This document shows positions 19,676-31,006 of a DNA stretch of 64,000 bases, piece by piece. Within the stretch, counting starts at the first letter, position 1; each line of letters begins with the position of its first letter. The stretch covers positions 1,344,001 to 1,408,000 of the forward strand of contig CAVTTL010000001.1 in NCBI GenBank assembly GCA_963737635.1. The letters run 5' to 3'. Position numbers and translations under genes: made by a program. The DNA comes from an uncultured Methanoregulaceae archaeon. GTDB taxonomy: Archaea > Halobacteriota > Methanomicrobia > Methanomicrobiales > Methanospirillaceae. The notes below the pieces were generated by a model that was not told the origin of the DNA, ran no database searches, and saw only the letters and a list, made by a program, of their open reading frames with translations.

Positions 19676-21124
19676 ATGGCAGAACTGACGTTAAACGAGA
19701 AGAGACTACTTGGGGCACTTGCAAAGGAGACGGCGACGGACGCAGGACACCTTGCTTCAGTTCTTAATGCCACTCCGGAAGCAGTCGTACAGTGGGCGCA
19801 CCTTGCCGAAGACAAAGGGCTTGCAAAGGTCGAGCGGATTGTAGAGAAAAAAATTATGCCGACAGCCGAAGGTGAACAGTATGTCTCATCGAACCTCCCT
19901 GAGACCCAGATTTTAGCAGTGATACACCCAGGCGCGATACTCGCGGATCTTCAGGGACATCCTGCATTCAAAATAGGTTTCGGCCAATTGCGAAAAAAAG
20001 GACTCATCCATGTTGATGGGTCAACGGTAATAAAAAATGAAACGAAGTCGACCAACGCGGAAGAATTTGCACTGCGCAATCCGGTTTCCGGTGAACAGAA
20101 TACAAGAGAACTGATCAAGCGCGGGATCCTCGTAGAATCCGAGACGGTCCGGTATGCCATTTCCATTACTCTTGAGGGGATCGCTCTTGTAACTCAGGGC
20201 CTTGATCTCCGCGAAGAGATCGGCACCCTGATCCGGGACCAGATCCTTTCCGGTGCTTGGAAGACGGCAAATCTGCGTAAGTATGATGTCAAAAAACTGC
20301 CAAAAACCGTTTACCCGGGAAAATCCCACCCGTACCAGAGGCTCATAGACGAGATGCGCCAGATCCTTCTGGAGATGGGTTTTACCGAGATGCACGGGGA
20401 GATTGTGCAGAGCGCATTCTGGAACTTCGACGCGCTCTTCCAGCCTCAGGATCACCCGGCCCGTGAAATGCAGGATACTTTTTACCTCAAAGAGGAAGTA
20501 CCGCTTCCTCAAGGCTGGGAGTGCCTCCGCGACATGCACGAGCATGGCGGGAACACCTCTTCGACCGGCTGGGGCGGCAAATGGAACCCAAAAAAGGCGC
20601 AGCAATGCGTGCTCCGGACCCATACTACAAGCCTTTCGATCCAGTATCTTGCCGCGCACCCGGAGCCGCCGGTTAAGGCGTTCTGTATCGGAAGGGTCTA
20701 CCGCCGCGAAGCAATCGATCCCACCCACACGCCGGAGTTCGAACAGCTCGAAGGGATCGTTATGGACAAAGGCGTGACATTCCGACACCTGCTCGGCTTT
20801 TTGAAAGAATTCTACCAGAGAATGGGATTTTCGGACGTGCGGTTCCGGCCCGGTTTTTTCCCGTACACGGAGCCCTCGGTAGAACCCGAGATCTGGGTTG
20901 ACAGTCTTGGCTGGGTTGAGATGGGTGGTGCCGGTGTTTTCCGGCAGGAAGTCACCGATCCGTGGGGTGTGAAGTGCCCGGTACTCGCGTGGGGCCTTGG
21001 GGTAAGCCGGGTCGCGATGTTGCGTCTGGGCTTAAAGGACCTGCGGCAGTTGTACCAGAGCGACCTCGAATGGATCAGGAATAGCCCCGTGCGTGCCCCG
21101 GGAGCATCCGGGAGGAAGGCATAG
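19676..21124 (+). CDS. pheS: Phenylalanyl-tRNA synthetase alpha subunit
   Basis: [34 protein letters not shown]. Confidence 0.96.
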   Translation: MAELTLNEKRLLGALAKETATDAGHLASVLNATPEAVVQWAHLAEDKGLAKVERIVEKKIMPTAEGEQYVSSNLPETQILAVIHPGAILADLQGHPAFKIGFGQLRKKGLIHVDGSTVIKNETKSTNAEEFALRNPVSGEQNTRELIKRGILVESETVRYAISITLEGIALVTQGLDLREEIGTLIRDQILSGAWKTANLRKYDVKKLPKTVYPGKSHPYQRLIDEMRQILLEMGFTEMHGEIVQSAFWNFDALFQPQDHPAREMQDTFYLKEEVPLPQGWECLRDMHEHGGNTSSTGWGGKWNPKKAQQCVLRTHTTSLSIQYLAAHPEPPVKAFCIGRVYRREAIDPTHTPEFEQLEGIVMDKGVTFRHLLGFLKEFYQRMGFSDVRFRPGFFPYTEPSVEPEIWVDSLGWVEMGGAGVFRQEVTDPWGVKCPVLAWGLGVSRVAMLRLGLKDLRQLYQSDLEWIRNSPVRAPGASGRKA

Positions 21125-21125
21125 C

Positions 21126-22754
21126 ATGGCGATCATCAGCCTTTCTTACAAGTACCTCGAACGACTGACTGGCACGGATCGGGAGACCATTTTAGAGCGT
21201 CTGCCGATGATCGGTTCCGAAATCGAACGTTTAGAGGAAGATCATGCGGATGTCGAGTTCTTCCCCAACCGCCCCGATCTCTTCTCAGTAGAAGGCGCTG
21301 CCCGGGCAATGCGGGGATTCCTCGGCATCGAGACCGGTCTCCCGGAATATGCAGTCAAACCCTCCGGGATCAGCTTCACGGTCGACCCCAATCTGAAAAA
21401 TATCCGGCCATTCCTCGCGTCAGCTGTTATCCGGAACGTCACTTTCGATGACGAATCCATCCTCTCGGTTATGGCGCTTCAGGAAGCCCTCCACTGGGCT
21501 GTGGGACGGGGCCGGAGCAAGGTTGCTATCGGTATCCACGACCTCGACACCGTTACACCACCGTTCCATTATACTGCCTCGCCACGAAGCAGGAGATTTG
21601 TCCCGCTCGATTTTACCGAAGAGCTCACGCTTGATGGCATCCTTGCCGAGCACCCGAAAGGCCGAGATTATGCAAAGATCGTGAAGGATTTCCCGCTCTT
21701 CCCCCTGATTGTTGATGCTGAGGAGAACGTCTGCTCTTTCCCACCGATCATCAACGGTGAACGGACCCGGGTGACGACCGGGACAAAAAACATTCTCCTC
21801 GATGTCACGGGTACCGACCAGCGGGCGGTCAGCGTCGCGGCAAATATTATCAGTACCGCCATGGTAGAAGCCGGCGCAACCCTCGAAAGCGTAGAGATTG
21901 ATGGTACAGAATCTCCCGATCTCACCCCGGCAGAACGCACGGTCAGCGTCCGGGAATGCTGCGATCTCATCGGCGTCGATCTGACCGCCCCGCAGATGGC
22001 AGAACTACTTGAAAGGATGCGGTTTGGCGCACGACCGGCAGGATCCGATCGTGTCCGTGTACAGGTGCCCTGTTACCGGGCTGATATCATGCACGACTGG
22101 GATCTCTTCGAGGATGTTGCCATTGCCTACGGATATGAGAACTTCGCCGTGGAGGTTCCCCCCACGTTCTCGATTGGAACACAACACCCGGTAAGCACAA
22201 TTGCAGCTCAGGTTCGCATGATCCTCGCGGGACTCGGGTACCTGGAGATGATGCCTTTTACGCTGACAAATGAACGGGTACTCTGCGATTACCTGCAGCG
22301 CCCCCGCTCCTCTTCAACACTCCACCTCATGCACCCGATCAGCGAAGAGTATACCATCGTGAGAACGGAGATTTTACCGCTCCTTCTCGAGATGCTGCAG
22401 GTCAACCGGCACCGTGAGCTCCCGCAGCGGATCTTTGCGACCGGAGATGTTCTTTCCGATCTCAGGACAACGCAGCGGCTGGCCGCGGTAAGCACCCATA
22501 CAACCGCGGACTTCTCAGAAGCCTATGCCCACGCAGATGCCGTCCTTCGTGAGCTTGGGATCGCGTATTGCGCTGAAGTCTCCGCTGATGCAGCCTTCAT
22601 TGAGGGAAGGCGGGCGGATATTATTGTCGAAGGAAAAAGAGTAGGGATATTCGGCGAGATCCATCCTGCTGTTCTGACAGCATTCGAGCTGGAACAACCG
22701 ATCGCAGCATTTGAGCTCGATCTCAGAGCCGTACCGGGATACCCTTCCCTTTAA
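21126..22754 (+). CDS. pheT: Phenylalanyl-tRNA synthetase beta subunit
   Basis: PNRPDL, FPPIIN and [21 protein letters not shown]; follows pheS. Confidence 0.95.
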   Translation: MAIISLSYKYLERLTGTDRETILERLPMIGSEIERLEEDHADVEFFPNRPDLFSVEGAARAMRGFLGIETGLPEYAVKPSGISFTVDPNLKNIRPFLASAVIRNVTFDDESILSVMALQEALHWAVGRGRSKVAIGIHDLDTVTPPFHYTASPRSRRFVPLDFTEELTLDGILAEHPKGRDYAKIVKDFPLFPLIVDAEENVCSFPPIINGERTRVTTGTKNILLDVTGTDQRAVSVAANIISTAMVEAGATLESVEIDGTESPDLTPAERTVSVRECCDLIGVDLTAPQMAELLERMRFGARPAGSDRVRVQVPCYRADIMHDWDLFEDVAIAYGYENFAVEVPPTFSIGTQHPVSTIAAQVRMILAGLGYLEMMPFTLTNERVLCDYLQRPRSSSTLHLMHPISEEYTIVRTEILPLLLEMLQVNRHRELPQRIFATGDVLSDLRTTQRLAAVSTHTTADFSEAYAHADAVLRELGIAYCAEVSADAAFIEGRRADIIVEGKRVGIFGEIHPAVLTAFELEQPIAAFELDLRAVPGYPSL

Positions 22755-23529
22755 GATACTCTTTTACATCGCGAACGGTAAATTCACCGTAGTGAAAGAC
22801 GCTTGCCGCGAGGCAGGCATCTGCTTTTCCCCGGGTAAAACCATCATAAAAATGTTCGAGCGTCCCAACGCCGCCGCTTGCAATCACCGGGATGCGTGCC
22901 GATTCCGAAATTGCCCGGGTGATCGCAATGTCGAACCCGTTTTTCGTGCCGTCAGTCTCCATGCTGGTAAGAAGGATCTCCCCGGCACCACGCTCTTCGA
23001 CATCTTTTGCCCAGCGCACCGCGTCTATCCCCGTCGGTTTGCTTCCGCCATAGATGACTACTTCGTACCAGCAGGTGCTGCCATCACATAGTTTCACCGG
23101 CACTGCCTCCGGGTTTGGCGTGAAATTCCGGCGGACATCCATTGCGACCACGATACACTGGGTCCCAAACGATTCTGCGCCCTTTGTGATCAGGATCGGA
23201 TCCTGCACGGCGCTCGTGTTCAGGCTCACCTTGTCGGCACCGGCCCTGAGGATCTGCTGGATGTCGTCGAGTGACCGCAGTCCGCCCCCGACCGTGAGCG
23301 GGAGGAAGAGCTGATCGGCTGCACGTTTGATGAGCTCGACGATAATCCCGCGTTTCTCCTTGGAAGCGGTGATATCCAAGAATACGACCTCGTCGGCACC
23401 TTGCTCGTTGTAGCGCTCAGCAAGTTCCACCGGGTCGCCGGCGTCCCTGAGACCAAGGAAGTTTGTCCCTTTTACCACCCGCCCATCCTTTAAGTCGAGG
23501 CAGGGGATGATCCGTCGCGTGAGCACCAT
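22723..23529 (-). CDS. hisF: Imidazole glycerol phosphate synthase cyclase subunit
   Basis: [30 protein letters not shown]. Confidence 0.96.
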   Translation of the reverse strand: MVLTRRIIPCLDLKDGRVVKGTNFLGLRDAGDPVELAERYNEQGADEVVFLDITASKEKRGIIVELIKRAADQLFLPLTVGGGLRSLDDIQQILRAGADKVSLNTSAVQDPILITKGAESFGTQCIVVAMDVRRNFTPNPEAVPVKLCDGSTCWYEVVIYGGSKPTGIDAVRWAKDVEERGAGEILLTSMETDGTKNGFDIAITRAISESARIPVIASGGVGTLEHFYDGFTRGKADACLAASVFHYGEFTVRDVKEYLKGKGIPVRL

Positions 23530-23677
23530 TTCATTTTTGTTTTCTTCCGCAAGTGCTATCTACCTATCTGCCAGCCCCCTTTTTTCGCGGGAAGTTTAAG
23601 TGCGTTCGTCACCTTATGTACCGGGTACGTGATTGAACAGTACCTGCCGCGGGCGAGGTACGATACAGGTGTTTTTC

Positions 23678-24904
23678 ATGAGTACCGGGAAGTTGAAGAT
23701 TGACTGGGCGGCACAGTATATGCCCGTGCTTGCCACCATTAGGAAACAGTTTGAGAAGGAGAAGCCCTTCAAGGGCATGACCATCGGTATGGCTCTCCAT
23801 GTGGAGGCAAAGACCGCAAACCTTGTCCAGACGCTTGCGGCGGGTGGCGCAAAAGTCTATATTACCGGCTGTAACCCGCTCTCGACACAGGACGATGTGG
23901 CGACGGCGTTAAATGAAGTAAAAAATGTCCACTGCTACGCGAAGCGCGGGTGCACGGTCGAGGAGTACTACGCCGCGATCGAACAGGTGCTTGACGCCGC
24001 ACCATCGATAACCATCGATGACGGCATGGATCTCATCCATTACCTCCACACTAAACGCCGTGACATGCTCAAGAAAGTGATCGGCGGCTGTGAGGAAACA
24101 ACGACCGGTATCCACCGGCTCCGGGCGATGGCGGCAGAGAAAAAACTTGAGTTCCCCGTTATCGCGGTCAACGACACACCGATGAAACGGTTCTTCGACA
24201 ACGTACACGGGACCGGGGAGAGCGTACTCTCCGCGATCATGATCACTACAAACACCCTTATTGCCGGCAAGTACTTCGTGGTTGCCGGGTACGGCTACTG
24301 CGGTAGGGGCCTCGCGAGCAAAGCCCATGGCCTCGGCGCCAAGGTCGTCGTTACCGAAGTTGATCCCCGCCGGGCTCTAGAGGCGCACATGGACGGGTAC
24401 CATGTCATGACGATGGACCAGGCTGTAGAGATTGGCGACATCTTTGTCACGACCACCGGCAACACCAGCGTAATCGGGAAAAATCATTTCGGGAAACTCA
24501 AAGCAGGTGCGATCCTTGCAAATGCCGGCCACTTTAACGTTGAAATCGACATTGCGTGGCTTGCAAAACATGCAGACTCGACTGTCGAACGTGACGGGAT
24601 CACGACCTATATCCTCAAGGGAAAACCGGTCCATGTGCTTGCCGAGGGAAGGCTCGTGAACCTTGCCACGCCAAAGGGCATGGGCCACCCGGTTGAGGTC
24701 ATGGACCTGAGTTTCGCACTGCAGGCGCTTTGCACCCGGTATATCGCGGAACACGGTCATTCCCTTAAAGGCGGTGTCTACGAAGTCCCCCAGGAGATCG
24801 ACGAACAGGTCGCCCGCCTCAAACTTGCGTCGCTTGGTCTTACCATCGATGAGCTGAGCGCGGCCCAGAAGAAATACCAGTGCAGCTGGGATATCGGAAC
24901 CTAA
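23678..24904 (+). CDS. ahcY: S-adenosylhomocysteine (or S-inosylhomocysteine) hydrolase
   Basis: CNPLSTQD, EETTTG, GYGYCGRG, GHFNVEI, GRLVNL, GHP.EVMD.SF. Confidence 0.94.
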   Translation: MSTGKLKIDWAAQYMPVLATIRKQFEKEKPFKGMTIGMALHVEAKTANLVQTLAAGGAKVYITGCNPLSTQDDVATALNEVKNVHCYAKRGCTVEEYYAAIEQVLDAAPSITIDDGMDLIHYLHTKRRDMLKKVIGGCEETTTGIHRLRAMAAEKKLEFPVIAVNDTPMKRFFDNVHGTGESVLSAIMITTNTLIAGKYFVVAGYGYCGRGLASKAHGLGAKVVVTEVDPRRALEAHMDGYHVMTMDQAVEIGDIFVTTTGNTSVIGKNHFGKLKAGAILANAGHFNVEIDIAWLAKHADSTVERDGITTYILKGKPVHVLAEGRLVNLATPKGMGHPVEVMDLSFALQALCTRYIAEHGHSLKGGVYEVPQEIDEQVARLKLASLGLTIDELSAAQKKYQCSWDIGT

Positions 24905-24959
24905 CCTTTCCGATCCTATTCGTTTTTAATTCTAATTTCCAGACGCTCGGTCCATCTGT

Positions 24960-25892
24960 CTACCGGGCTTTTTCCTCCGGAGCATCCGTACTTACTTTTT
25001 TACCCACATTCCATTGTTCGTAGATAACGATCAATGCCCCGGCGGCAAAAAGGGGAACAGCAAGCCAGAACTGGCTGCCGAGTGGATCGGAAAAGACGAA
25101 AAGTGAGGCAATGCAGCCGATGAACGGTGCAGCTGCGTAAATGGCTCCTGCCCTAGCGGCACCCATATCCCGCAGTGCAACAATAAACAGAATGAGACCA
25201 AGCCCGAAGGAAACGAATCCGGTGAGGATGGCAAGGACGATCAGGTTTGCTGCCGGCAAGGGCTCACCGAGGAGAATCACAAGCACCGCCGCGATGCTCC
25301 CGCCAAAGATCACCTTGCAGAGCGCGATAAGGCCGGGAGGGTAGGCAGAAATATGCGCCATACAGTTGTTGTCTATTCCCCAGAAAAAACCAGAGATGAT
25401 AATGCCGAGTGCTCCAAGAGAGAACCCAAGGGCGCTTTCACCATTCCAGCCAAGAATGATGCTGCCGGCAAAAATAAGGATAAGGGCGAGGCCCATCGTT
25501 TTATCGGCCGGTTCACGGAACACCCAGAACGCAAGCAAGACGGTTGCCACGATCTCGAAATTTAAGAGAAGTGCCGCGGTCGCCGCCGGTGTAACAGTGA
25601 GCGCGAAGCACTGGGTAACAGGGGCCACAAAACCGCCGATGACAACTGTTCCCGCCAGAAGGTACAGTTCCTTTCTGCCTGCACGCGGCTGCCCGGTAGT
25701 AAAACGCGGGCCGCTTACCACTCGCCAGCAGAGGACCCCGGCGCCGGACCCCAGAGAGAGCAGTGCGATAAGGAGCAGGGGGGCCATCCCATCGACTAGA
25801 ATTTTCAGAAGCGGTGTCGCTGTCCCGAAGAGAATGGTCGCGCACGCCAGTGCAGCGATCGCTTTTGGCAGTTTGGGAAAGTGGACGTCCAT
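24960..25892 (-). CDS. DMT/EamA family transporter
   Basis: About 10 TM helices in two repeats; LLLNFE and WGIDNN motifs. Confidence 0.85.
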   Translation of the reverse strand: MDVHFPKLPKAIAALACATILFGTATPLLKILVDGMAPLLLIALLSLGSGAGVLCWRVVSGPRFTTGQPRAGRKELYLLAGTVVIGGFVAPVTQCFALTVTPAATAALLLNFEIVATVLLAFWVFREPADKTMGLALILIFAGSIILGWNGESALGFSLGALGIIISGFFWGIDNNCMAHISAYPPGLIALCKVIFGGSIAAVLVILLGEPLPAANLIVLAILTGFVSFGLGLILFIVALRDMGAARAGAIYAAAPFIGCIASLFVFSDPLGSQFWLAVPLFAAGALIVIYEQWNVGKKVSTDAPEEKAR

Positions 25893-25944
25893 GGTATCAG
25901 GCTCTTTGAGAATATGTGCAGAGAAATCTCCTATTTGGGATGAA

Positions 25945-26808
25945 TCAGGTCTTTGACCCTTCCCGCGCCGCGTAAAGATATTCCTGGGCAATTCCGCAGT
26001 ACGCGCCGAAATGTTTCCTGGCAAACGTCCGGATCCCATCGTACTCCCGTCCAGTCAAGGGAGCGTCCGGGTTAAGTGTGGTGAGATAGTGCGCCCCCAT
26101 TATCCGCCGGATCCAGACATCAACCGGGAATGCCTCGAACTTCTGGAACGCAAAGAGCAGGACGCAGTCCGCCGCCTTTGGGCCGATACCGGAGAATTTC
26201 ATGATCTGCCCGGCGCGCCTCCTCGTACGGCAGCGCGGCGACGTCTTTTGCCCAGTTTTTTTGTGCCGCAACGTCACGGGCTGTGTCAAAGACGTATGGC
26301 ATGCGGTACCCGAGCCTGCATTCTGCGAGAGCGGATGATCCCCCGGAGCAGGAGATCCTTGACGGTTCAGGAAATGAAAAAAAAGTCGTATCACCCTCAT
26401 CAATTTCATCACCGAACTTCTCAGCGATCAAGGCGATCCGCCGGCGGATCATAGGTATATTGGAATTGGTGGCGCAGATGTAGGAGCAGAGACATTCCCA
26501 CGCCGGTCTGCCGGTACGAGGCGCAGGCCCCGGCACCGTTCGATAGCCTCATGGATGAATGGATCAGTGTCAATCGATAGAAGTATTGCGCCCAGATCAA
26601 GGTCGAGTGAGAAATAATGCTGGATAAACGTCTTATCGGCGCCCTCAAAGGTCAGGGTCGCACCCTTCTGTTGGCACCGGATTACCCGGTCGCCCACGAC
26701 TCCGCACCAGCTGCCATCCGGCAGACGGTCCCAGCGAAAGGCCTGCCCACACCCGAGCGTCTGGTCAAGTGAGAACGGCTGGTTATGGCGAAGCACGATC
26801 TGTGGCAT
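25945..26808 (-). CDS. ogg: 8-oxoguanine DNA glycosylase (OGG1-like HhH-GPD), three apparent frameshifts
   Basis: TLGCGQAFRW, GLRL.RQ..WECL.SYICATN, LGYR, GIGPKAADC, FPVDVW and AQEYLY spread over three frames. Confidence 0.85.
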
Positions 26809-26971
26809 CTTGAACTGTCCCGGTCAGTTATCTGCTTTTAACCTTTTTAGATTAGAGCGGACGATTAATAATGTGAATTCTATGTATGACAAGCCTATTT
26901 TGAGATCGCACACCTTTTTATTTTCGCGATGGGACGGATAGCCTTTTAATATATCGATTAACAGTTCTTTC

Positions 26972-27301
26972 ATGGAATTAACAGAAACCCTCAAGGCCTT
27001 TATTGAAGAAGGCGGAGACTGGGAACGCAAACAGACCACGCTTCCCGGTGTCTCCATTATCCGGCTTCCGGCGACAAAAAACCGTCCGGCTTCACTTGCG
27101 ATCGATATTAACCCGCTTGGTGAACATGGTCTCCCCATGAAGAAAAAAGGAATCATGATCATGAATGCCGCCGAGCTCGCAGCATTCAGAGCAATCTTCA
27201 ATAATGAAAAAACCGATGGCCTTTTGAAGGCACTCGAAGAAGTCCTCCCCGAGCGTAAATCAGCAGCAAAAACCAAAAAAGCGGACGTTGTCCAGATCTA
27301 G
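26972..27301 (+). CDS. Conserved hypothetical protein
   Basis: 109-aa ATG ORF with TTTTAATA box upstream; WERKQT.LPGV and INP...G.P.KKKG motifs. Confidence 0.7.
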   Translation: MELTETLKAFIEEGGDWERKQTTLPGVSIIRLPATKNRPASLAIDINPLGEHGLPMKKKGIMIMNAAELAAFRAIFNNEKTDGLLKALEEVLPERKSAAKTKKADVVQI

Positions 27302-27338
27302 GACGTAAAAGACAGCACAATCCCGTTGGACTTTCGGA

Positions 27339-27827
27339 GTGATGCGTATTAAAATAATTCACATCGTCCCTCTTTTTCTTCTCGTCCTTACGCTCGCGGG
27401 TGCCGGGTGTCTTGGAACAAAAGCCCTTCCGGTCAACAAGACTGCACCCCCCTCTGTTCTTGTCGATTACCACCGGACCGGGGGCACTGACGGTGTCAAT
27501 GATCGTCTGGTGATCTTTACTAACGGCGTTGCGGTGATCTCCGGGGAGTCCACCAATACCGAGATTTCACTCAATGCGACCGATCTCGCACTTCTTTCCG
27601 TGCTGTTCAACGAGTCCCAGTTCTCAGATCTCCAGGCCAACTACCCGGCTCCCTACCAAAGGTCGAATCTTATGACGTATACGGTCAGTTACCGTGGAAA
27701 GACGGTGACAGCCGAGGAATCGGACATCCCGCCGTCATTCGAGACGATAGTCGAGAAACTGGACCAGATCCTTGAGAGTGCCGGTACGCAAAAAATCGTT
27801 TATCCGACTCTCGGGATCGCACGTTAG
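27339..27827 (+). CDS. Lipoprotein-like secreted protein
   Basis: Signal peptide ending AGC; YHRTGG..G motif. Confidence 0.7.
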   Translation: MMRIKIIHIVPLFLLVLTLAGAGCLGTKALPVNKTAPPSVLVDYHRTGGTDGVNDRLVIFTNGVAVISGESTNTEISLNATDLALLSVLFNESQFSDLQANYPAPYQRSNLMTYTVSYRGKTVTAEESDIPPSFETIVEKLDQILESAGTQKIVYPTLGIAR

Positions 27828-27980
27828 TTATTCGTCAGTACCCCATGGAGGTACCCTCGGGCGGTGTGCAGTACCACTGCTGATACAACCTCCCCCGATT
27901 ATAGCGCAATGCGGTCAGGAATAAAAGCCTGCATTTCGCAATCAGGTACAATGAAACTATTCTTAAAAGATATGCGTCAA

Positions 27981-29186
27981 TCATGCCCTTTTCGCTATCT
28001 TCGCTATTACCTTGCCGGTGAGACTCCTTTCAAGTGATATGGCATGGTTGTCGCACATCTCATGACAGCAATAACAGCGTATGCAATTCTTATAGGTTAT
28101 CTGGGGCTTTTTACCAACTATAGCGATGGTCGTTTTCGGGCAGCTCTGCACGCATTTCATGCAGCCGATACAGGTGTTGGGGTCAATCTTAGGCCATGGT
28201 GGATATGCCTTTGCAACGGCAAAAAACATACGAAGCACTATTCTGCGTTTCAGGTCCGTTCGATCGCTCTCTTTACCAATGCCGGAAAACGTGGAAGGGT
28301 GCTTAAAGTCTCTGACTATGAGCGCCGCAGGGTCATCTCCTAGAACGGTAACGTCACTGAGGTCCTTCCTGAGATAACCCCGCTCGACGGCCGCCTTGAC
28401 CGTGCCGATATCCATCGGGTCAAAGGACATCAGTCGCGCCGTCACGACATCGATAGCGCTATAGTCTCCCGAGGCCATCACAGCACCTATCTTTCGCGGT
28501 GTCCCGGTATGCGGTCCATCGCCTTCCATACCGACAACTGCATCCATGACCTGCAGCTTCGGCTTGACGACCTCGTTGAGGTCTATGATCATGCGGCAGA
28601 AATCGTCCGAGGAGGGCATTTTCCCGTGGTAGAGCGGCTTTTCAAATCCGGGTATGACCCCGAACAGGTTTTTTGCAGCGCCACTAAGATAGGTCAATGA
28701 ATGCGTCTTTGCTTTGGAGACAACGACCACGGCGTCCGCATCCAGTGCCGGGTTGATGATCGAAAACCGCTTCGCCATTTTACCGTCAGGAGCAGGCACT
28801 TCACGGCACCCCGTGTCGTAGTTCAGCGATATGTCAAGTTCCTCGGAAATTTTATCGTATCCCGAGGCAGCGTAGCTTTTTCTCAGGGTAGTTTCGGTAT
28901 AGGGCAGGCCTGAGCCGGGGCTATCACCCATGATCACCTTGCACCCGTGGCCCTTCAATATGCGGGCGACCGCATAAACGACTTCTGGATGCGTAGTCAC
29001 GCACGTCTCGGGTGCTGAACCCAGCAGCAGGTTGAACTTGAGGAAAACGGTCTGGCCGGGGGACACAAACCTACCTATGCCCCCGATCAAGTCGATCGAT
29101 CGTTCCACGGCAAGGTATGTTTTTTCCCGATTATAGTCTTCGCATCGTACCAGTGAGACTGGTTTTAAGCCGGTAGTATCGCTCAT
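27981..29186 (-). CDS. DUF362 family protein with C-terminal 2x[4Fe-4S] domain
   Basis: LKFNLL, TTHPEVV, KTH...GAAKNLFG, GMEGDGP; CIGCMKCVQSCP and CIRCYCCHEMC. Confidence 0.88.
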   Translation of the reverse strand: MSDTTGLKPVSLVRCEDYNREKTYLAVERSIDLIGGIGRFVSPGQTVFLKFNLLLGSAPETCVTTHPEVVYAVARILKGHGCKVIMGDSPGSGLPYTETTLRKSYAASGYDKISEELDISLNYDTGCREVPAPDGKMAKRFSIINPALDADAVVVVSKAKTHSLTYLSGAAKNLFGVIPGFEKPLYHGKMPSSDDFCRMIIDLNEVVKPKLQVMDAVVGMEGDGPHTGTPRKIGAVMASGDYSAIDVVTARLMSFDPMDIGTVKAAVERGYLRKDLSDVTVLGDDPAALIVRDFKHPSTFSGIGKESDRTDLKRRIVLRMFFAVAKAYPPWPKIDPNTCIGCMKCVQSCPKTTIAIVGKKPQITYKNCIRCYCCHEMCDNHAISLERSLTGKVIAKIAKRA

Positions 29187-29201
29187 GTTAAGACCATCGC
29201 A

Positions 29202-29218
29202 ACTGACATGTTGTCAGT
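29202..29218. promoter_or_regulatory. Palindromic operator ACTGACA-N3-TGTCAGT upstream of the DUF362 gene
   Basis: Perfect 7-bp inverted repeat 16 nt upstream of the ATG; matches a second copy upstream of the TetR gene. Confidence 0.6.
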
Positions 29219-29251
29219 AACGACACAAATAGATATCGTTCGACCGAAAAT

Positions 29252-29867
29252 CTATGGCGATGATCGAAAAGATCCCTTAAGAGCACCGAGCGTTTTCTCC
29301 ATCATCGCCCGTAAAGCATCAATTTTTTTCCGGCGTATCTTCCGGGTCGCGTGTATTCTTGAGCTCGCGATTCAGGTACAGGCTGACAAAGAAAAGCATC
29401 TCTGCGGTCTCGTCAGGATACTCCGTTTCGAAATGACCCTCCGCTATACCCTGCCGAACGATTTGCCGTACGAGGTGGAGGATCTTTTTCTTCAGGTCCT
29501 TTACGTACTCCTCCCGTCCGCTGATAGACTTATCAACGGATGCACCTTTGCCGAGCCCCATCTTTTTGCGGGAAAGATCGATTAAGGCATCGGATATCAG
29601 CAGCAGCTTCCGGGGTGCATTCAGCGCCGGGTCGTCCGCCACCCGGACAACATATTCGCCGAGGTGATCTAAGTACCGATCAATGATGGCCCGGACCAGA
29701 TCGTCCTTGGAGCGGAAATAGTAGTAAAAGGTGCCCTGCGCGATGCGTGCTTCGCGTATGATATCGCTGGGGGAAGTGTGATCGCACCCTTTTTGGGTGA
29801 AGATCGTTTCGGCGATGTCCATCAGCTCATTCCTGCGCACTTCAGGGCTTTTCTTGATCCTAGCCAT
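29252..29867 (-). CDS. TetR/AcrR family regulator (frameshift near 29330)
   Basis: HTH SDIIREARIAQGTFYYYFRSKDDL. The shifted frame gives RKKIDALRAMMEKTLGALKGSF, with stop at 29252. Confidence 0.88.
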
Positions 29868-29887
29868 GATCCCCCGTTAAAAGAACT

Positions 29888-29904
29888 ATTGACAAGTAGT
29901 CAGT
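29888..29904. promoter_or_regulatory. Second operator copy ATTGACAAGTAGTCAGT upstream of TetR
   Basis: 14/17 identical to 29202-29218; TGAC-N5-GTCA core. Confidence 0.55.
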
Positions 29905-30003
29905 AAAGTTGTATAATCATTTTCCAGAAAAGCGTACGTTTCCGGAAGCGATACCGGCTATCTCTGGGGGGACCCGGTAATGTGTTCTTCCCGGAGAAAA
30001 GGG

Positions 30004-30897
30004 TTATTTGTTCTCGTACATGCACGACTGCACGTCGTGCCCGAGTTTCCCGATCGCATCGGCACGGCACCGCTGGCAGTGCCGCATCTGTTTTACATAC
30101 TTCCCACAGGCATCCTGCATCTTCCTTTTCATCTCGGGTGTTGGCGGGGCGATGTCGGCGAACTTATACTGGGCGATAAGCGGAATAAGGTTAAAAGTGT
30201 AGACCCCCATCTCCCCGACCTTCTTTGCAATGTCCAGGATATGATCTTCGTTGATCCCCGGAATATAGACGGTATTTATCTTGACGATCATGTGCCGTGC
30301 CACCGCCATCTCGATGCCTTTGAGCTGTTGCGAGAGGAGCAGTTTTGCGGCTTCAATTCCGGTGTACCGCTTTCCTTTATAGTCGACGAACTGGTAGATC
30401 TTCGCCCCGATCTCCGGGTCGATGGCGTTGAGCGTAACGGTTATATTACCCACATCGTACTTCTGGAGCAGATCGATTGTGTCCGGGAGGAGCAGGCCGT
30501 TTGTACTGATGCACTTGATAACCCCTGGGTACTCTTCATGGAGCCTGCGGAGCGTCTCGAAGGTCTCCTCATTTGCGAGCGGGTCCCCGGGACCTGCAAT
30601 GCCTATGACCTTGATATAGTCGTATTTTTCGGTGACCTTTTTTACCATGTCCATAGCTTCGTCCGGTTTGAGGACCCGGGTAGTCACACCGGGCCTGCTT
30701 TCGTTAACGCAGTCAAAATCCCGGATACAGTAGTTACACTGGATATTGCACTTGGGTGCCACAGGAATGTGGCAGCGCCCGAAAGCATGGCATGCCTTTT
30801 CGGAAAAACAGGGGTGCTCCTGGATTTTTCGCATCTGTGCAGGGTCCCACTGTACTTTCCTCCCCGCCACTTCTGCGGTCTTTATTTCGTCGGACAT
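30004..30897 (-). CDS. nifB: Nitrogenase cofactor biosynthesis radical SAM protein NifB (stand-alone methanogen type)
   Basis: HPC, HIPVAPKCNIQCNYC, DCVNESRPG, AGPGDPLAN and HCQRCRADA; no NifX domain. Confidence 0.92.
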   Translation of the reverse strand: MSDEIKTAEVAGRKVQWDPAQMRKIQEHPCFSEKACHAFGRCHIPVAPKCNIQCNYCIRDFDCVNESRPGVTTRVLKPDEAMDMVKKVTEKYDYIKVIGIAGPGDPLANEETFETLRRLHEEYPGVIKCISTNGLLLPDTIDLLQKYDVGNITVTLNAIDPEIGAKIYQFVDYKGKRYTGIEAAKLLLSQQLKGIEMAVARHMIVKINTVYIPGINEDHILDIAKKVGEMGVYTFNLIPLIAQYKFADIAPPTPEMKRKMQDACGKYVKQMRHCQRCRADAIGKLGHDVQSCMYENK

Positions 30898-30911
30898 AGG
30901 CAACTACGTTT

Positions 30912-30930
30912 TAGATGAGTTTTCCATCTA
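30912..30930. promoter_or_regulatory. Inverted repeat TAGATG-N7-CATCTA between the nifB TATA box and start codon
   Basis: Perfect 6-bp arms adjoining a minus-strand TTTATTTATA. Confidence 0.4.
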
Positions 30931-31006
30931 TAAATAAAGTTCAATAGGGGTTATTTACCCCGGCCGACAAGATAGTACAAGTCAGCAGCTGATTCTAAAC
31001 AGAGGG

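Noticed and set aside
4234-29867. Programmed frameshifting or true pseudogenes in the DEAD-box helicase, ogg and tetR
   Set aside because: No consistent slippery sites, both insertions and deletions occur, and the flanking protein sequence is otherwise intact; consensus errors are more likely.
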